Positions 24,181 to 27,516 of a stretch of 27,516 nucleotides of DNA are shown one piece after another (within the stretch, counting starts at the first letter, position 1; each line of letters starts with the position of its first letter). Below the pieces are notes generated by a model, which saw only the letters and a list, made by a program, of their open reading frames with translations, had not been told where the DNA came from and did no database searches. A program made the position numbers and the translations under genes. The stretch is from a virus. Taxonomy: Duplodnaviria > Caudoviricetes. The stretch is taken from the IMG/VR virus record IMGVR_UViG_3300025296_000096, positions 1 to 27,516 of that record; one strand, written 5' to 3'.

Positions 24181-24485
24181 GTATTTTTTCCTTGGCTCAA
24201 GGATTCGATATATCGCTCGGCTATGAGATTCTTGACGAAATCCTTGACCGAGATCTGTGGGCCAATCTGCGATATGAGCCATTCTCGCGTTGGTCCGGGC
24301 AGGGCGTCATAGACATCTTCCATGAAAGCCCGTCTCGTATCGATGGGATCAAGACCCATGCGCTTGAGACGGAACTTCACAGTGGTCTGATGAATGTTCA
24401 GTTTTTTGCCAATGCTGGCGAGAGAAAGTCCTAAGCTATTGAGCTTGAGAATACGTTTGTCAGTGTCATCGAGTTTGGTAGCCAC
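24177..24485 (-). CDS. Helix-turn-helix DNA-binding protein, 102 aa
   Basis: HTH pattern 'GLSLASIGKKLNIHQTTVKFRL'. It follows rIIB as in N4-like phages; GTG start with GGGGA upstream. Confidence 0.82.
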   Translation of the reverse strand: MATKLDDTDKRILKLNSLGLSLASIGKKLNIHQTTVKFRLKRMGLDPIDTRRAFMEDVYDALPGPTREWLISQIGPQISVKDFVKNLIAERYIESLSQGKNT

Positions 24486-24493
24486 GGCTATTC

Positions 24494-24547
24494 CCCATTA
24501 AAGATACCTCGAACCTTATATAGGTTCGAGGCATCTTTTCCAATGGG
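24494..24547 (-). promoter_or_regulatory. Long inverted repeat between rIIB and the HTH gene (terminator, processing site or operator)
   Basis: 17-bp stem 24500-24516/24522-24538 with one G:U on the - strand, extended by CCCATT (24494-24499)/AATGGG (24542-24547). Confidence 0.6.
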
Positions 24548-24559
24548 TTACCGTTATAT

Positions 24560-26311
24560 TTACTTCGAAAGATTGGTCTCGATCTCGGCAATTTCCTTCT
24601 CGTCGAAACCAAGTGCCTTCCAGCTTTTCTTGGCTGCCTTCTTGAGAATAGCCAACTGGTCGAACTGACCAGTGCTGTAGAAATGTCGGATCTTTTCCTT
24701 CTGGCTCATCTTGTTGAGATCGACCGAAACAGTTTCAGGAACAGGTTCTTCCTTCTTCTTTTCTGCTGCTTCCTGACGGGGTGTCTTGAACCCGCCCGTT
24801 TCCATGGCAGAAGGCTTCACTTCGCTGATCGGAATCTTGTTACGCACGTTTTCGTCTTCTTCCTGATTGGAAATTTGGATTGCGGCTGTTGCCTCAATGG
24901 TAGCCACTTGGCTAGGAATAAATCCAAGTTTGTGCCAACCGACTTTGGAAGCCTTTTTCAAAGCTACAAGTTCCTGAGCGAGCTTGACTTGTTCGTCTTG
25001 GTTCGAAGCAAGAGCCATCCGCTCATGCAATGCCTGAGCCTGATCCTTGCGGGAACCAGAGACAGAAGATGCCAGCTTCTTGGGATCGACAGGAGGAGCA
25101 TTGTTCACCTTGTCAGCGTCCTTGTCACGGAGCACTTCAGCCCTTTTGATGCTCTCGGGATCGAGAGGAGTCGGCGGACTGTAAGTCGTTTCGACATCAG
25201 TGATCGTTAGGTTACTCCCACGCTGCCCACCGATTTCAACCATCTGGTTGATGCCGACATGGTTTCCGCTGATTGCAGAAGCAAGGAAAGCTTTGCCGCC
25301 TTCAACCGATGTCATCGGTCGATCCTGACGAAGCGTACTCGCAATCTCAGGCGTGAGTTCTGCGATAATATGGTAGCCACAGACGCGAACCTTGTTCGGA
25401 TCATAAGTAGGAACGGCAATGACGTTCTCAGGCGGAATCTTGCACATGACCATGGCAGTACCATTGAAGCTTTTGAGATAGCCTCGACGAGCAATATGCA
25501 GGCCATTGGAGCAATCTCGACGACGATCAGGATCGACCAGATCTTCCTTCATGTAAACATAGCTGCCGACACGCTGCTTAACGTTGCCAGTATGACAATC
25601 AGTGAATTGTTCTTCGCTTCCGTTGAGCACCTTGTAGGCGATAATCTGGCCGTCATCAGCAATTGGAAGATCTGCTTTTTCCATGAAATTCAGGAGATCA
25701 GTGATCGAATGCTGACGTTTCGCCATGACAGGTGCAATGCGCTTCAGGAAGTTCTCGACACCTTCAGTCGATCCCATACGGGATGCGTGCTCGAAATAAG
25801 GTTCGAGGTTTTCGATTCCGGGAATGGCAACAGGGCCATCCTCGGTTTCAATGACAGCAACAATGGTCTTGTCGGGTGTCGTCTGTTCATTATCGTATTC
25901 GGGATTGGTAATGCTTTCTGCACTAGCCATAATCTCGTTGATGGCGGTCTGGGTATCCACCTTTCCATCAGTGGGAACGTCACCGATGACCAGCGAACCG
26001 TTTGATTCACTTGGTTCGTTAGTGAGGCCTAGAGCCTTTTCAATGCTCTCCTTGGCTGCACGAAGGAAGCGAATCATACCGGCACTGTTCCTTTCGGTAG
26101 AGATGTAAGGATTGGTCATCTTGTCGAACTGACCCAGCGTTGCAAGATCGAGTTCGGCAATACCACCTACCGAGCAGATGGGAGCAACGACAGAGAGGAT
26201 TGGCTGGATGAAGGGACTACCCTGTAGATAGGTCCGGGTATTTCCGTCTTCTTCATAAATGGTAAGCTGCTTCTTATCGAGAACAGCGGCAATGATACGA
26301 ATTTTGGTCAT
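24560..26311 (-). CDS. rIIB: RIIB-like protein
   Basis: rIIB core 'LPIADDGQIIAYK...TDCHTG...VG..V.M....VDPDRRRDCSNGLH....YL..F.G.....K..P..V..VP.....KVRVCGY'. Confidence 0.9.
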   Translation of the reverse strand: MTKIRIIAAVLDKKQLTIYEEDGNTRTYLQGSPFIQPILSVVAPICSVGGIAELDLATLGQFDKMTNPYISTERNSAGMIRFLRAAKESIEKALGLTNEPSESNGSLVIGDVPTDGKVDTQTAINEIMASAESITNPEYDNEQTTPDKTIVAVIETEDGPVAIPGIENLEPYFEHASRMGSTEGVENFLKRIAPVMAKRQHSITDLLNFMEKADLPIADDGQIIAYKVLNGSEEQFTDCHTGNVKQRVGSYVYMKEDLVDPDRRRDCSNGLHIARRGYLKSFNGTAMVMCKIPPENVIAVPTYDPNKVRVCGYHIIAELTPEIASTLRQDRPMTSVEGGKAFLASAISGNHVGINQMVEIGGQRGSNLTITDVETTYSPPTPLDPESIKRAEVLRDKDADKVNNAPPVDPKKLASSVSGSRKDQAQALHERMALASNQDEQVKLAQELVALKKASKVGWHKLGFIPSQVATIEATAAIQISNQEEDENVRNKIPISEVKPSAMETGGFKTPRQEAAEKKKEEPVPETVSVDLNKMSQKEKIRHFYSTGQFDQLAILKKAAKKSWKALGFDEKEIAEIETNLSK

Positions 26312-26326
26312 GGGACTTGTACCTTT

Positions 26327-27516
26327 CTAAAACCCAAAAAGAAGTTTCCGCGCTTTTTTCCAGACGAGTCTTTTCTGGGGTGTAGAGAAATCACATTGGC
26401 GGAAATCGGAGAATGAGATCAAGTGTCTCCAAAGGGACTGTTGATAATATTCCAAGGCAACAAGGATATCTGGATGGATATCCACCTTCTTTATTGCATC
26501 CTTGATTTGAGAAAAATGAAGTGAAATATCAGTATCGTATCGACCATCTTTTAGTATATAGATGAGAAGATCGATCATTATTTTTTGACGAGTAGTAATT
26601 TTGGTAGAGAACCCAAAAGCTTCTTGAAATCTCGTATTTGAACCATGGGCGATAGTATAAAGGAGATTCCAATATTTATTTTTTGGACTCATAATCTCGT
26701 ATTGAAGTCGCAAATTATATTGGATGGCTTCTTTGAAAATTGGATCTTTCAGATTTTCATCTAATTGATCTGCGAGCCATTTCCAGAATGAAGGAACTCC
26801 TTCACGTTCCCATTTGTTTTGTTGGGGTGCGTTTACAACAACACCACCAATATCACCCCATGCATAGATAAGCTGAGAAGCTAATTTCGAAGGAAGATCA
26901 CCCAAAGTAGTTCTGGGATTTTTACTGGTTTCCTTAAAAGTGAAAGCTGGTTTTTCTATACGAGAAGCATTTTCATTTTGGAAATTTGCGGTATTGATAT
27001 TACCTGTGTCTGAAAGACAAGACATTAGCTTGGGAATACCAACTAATTTCTTAGTCTTCTCAGCACGAATAATCCTTTCTTTCTGAATCTCTTCCTTGGG
27101 TCGAGGAGGATCAGTGATATCCAAAACTGTCCAACCGCGTTTATTAAACCATTCCTTAACGGTGGTAAGCCATTGCTGATTGTCACGAGGACAAATGACA
27201 GCAAAATGGTCACTAGCTGAACCGATACGCTGAGTAGGCCAATTTATATTTTTAGCGTCAGTGCGATTATGAGCCAGAATCACAACTCGACGATAAAGAC
27301 CTTGAATGCTATCAACATGAAGCTCTTTGGATTTCCAAGAATAAAACTCTCCTTCACCGTAATAACGACGACGAAAATAAAGAAGTTCTGGTGTTTTACG
27401 AAGATCAAGTCGAGCTAGTCTTTCTCCATTACGGAGTAATTCGTATTGAATTTTTCTTTTTATGTTTGTTGGGTGCTCATTGGTTATAAATGAGACAAAA
27501 GGATTTTTCCTTATAC
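26327..27516 (-). CDS. rIIA: RIIA-like protein, C-terminal part (5' end outside the window)
   Basis: The frame is open from the window edge (IRKNPFVSF...GLYRRVVILAHNR...), so the listed start at 27283 is internal. The assignment rests mainly on its position directly upstream of rIIB, because the conserved N-terminal ATPase domain is not in the window. Confidence 0.65.
   Translation of the reverse strand, partial: IRKNPFVSFITNEHPTNIKRKIQYELLRNGERLARLDLRKTPELLYFRRRYYGEGEFYSWKSKELHVDSIQGLYRRVVILAHNRTDAKNINWPTQRIGSASDHFAVICPRDNQQWLTTVKEWFNKRGWTVLDITDPPRPKEEIQKERIIRAEKTKKLVGIPKLMSCLSDTGNINTANFQNENASRIEKPAFTFKETSKNPRTTLGDLPSKLASQLIYAWGDIGGVVVNAPQQNKWEREGVPSFWKWLADQLDENLKDPIFKEAIQYNLRLQYEIMSPKNKYWNLLYTIAHGSNTRFQEAFGFSTKITTRQKIMIDLLIYILKDGRYDTDISLHFSQIKDAIKKVDIHPDILVALEYYQQSLWRHLISFSDFRQCDFSTPQKRLVWKKARKLLFGF

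Noticed and set aside
24181-24282. Listed upstream start for the MazG-like gene
   Set aside because: It lies inside the HTH gene. ATG 24180 is translationally coupled and fits the family size.
12670-24525. Recurrent TTATA/TATAA words in intergenic gaps (about 12677, 18490, 19250, 24516) as middle promoters
   Set aside because: The words are too short and have no consistent second element, so they cannot be supported without start-site mapping.

Overview
The window is part of the genome of a lytic N4-like phage (Schitoviridae). The + strand carries two late/virion genes: a 5'-truncated, cysteine-free ejection-type protein (N4 gp51 position) with a lysozyme-like domain, and a 3507-aa cysteine-free virion RNA polymerase. 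The - strand carries the conserved N4-type middle/replication block, which converges on them: rIIA (truncated by the window edge), rIIB, HTH protein, MazG-like NTP pyrophosphohydrolase, Dda-like helicase, hypothetical, family A DNA polymerase, hypothetical, PD-(D/E)XK nuclease, primase, AAA ATPase, SSB and a RusA-like resolvase joined in frame to a gp46-like protein. Beyond this standard architecture I found: (i) an apparently circularly permuted lambda-type lysozyme domain in the virion protein; (ii) several strongly base-paired intergenic elements, two of which fold better on the antisense strand, and one of those covers an unannotated 52-aa ORF; (iii) a 12-bp motif shared by two distant hairpins, one just upstream of the HTH gene; (iv) small ORFs missed by the ORF track; (v) in-frame TAA interruptions; and (vi) an SSB-like peptide motif at the end of the gp46-like protein. 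Family assignments come from motifs recognised by eye and from N4-like synteny. No searches or folding computations were run.
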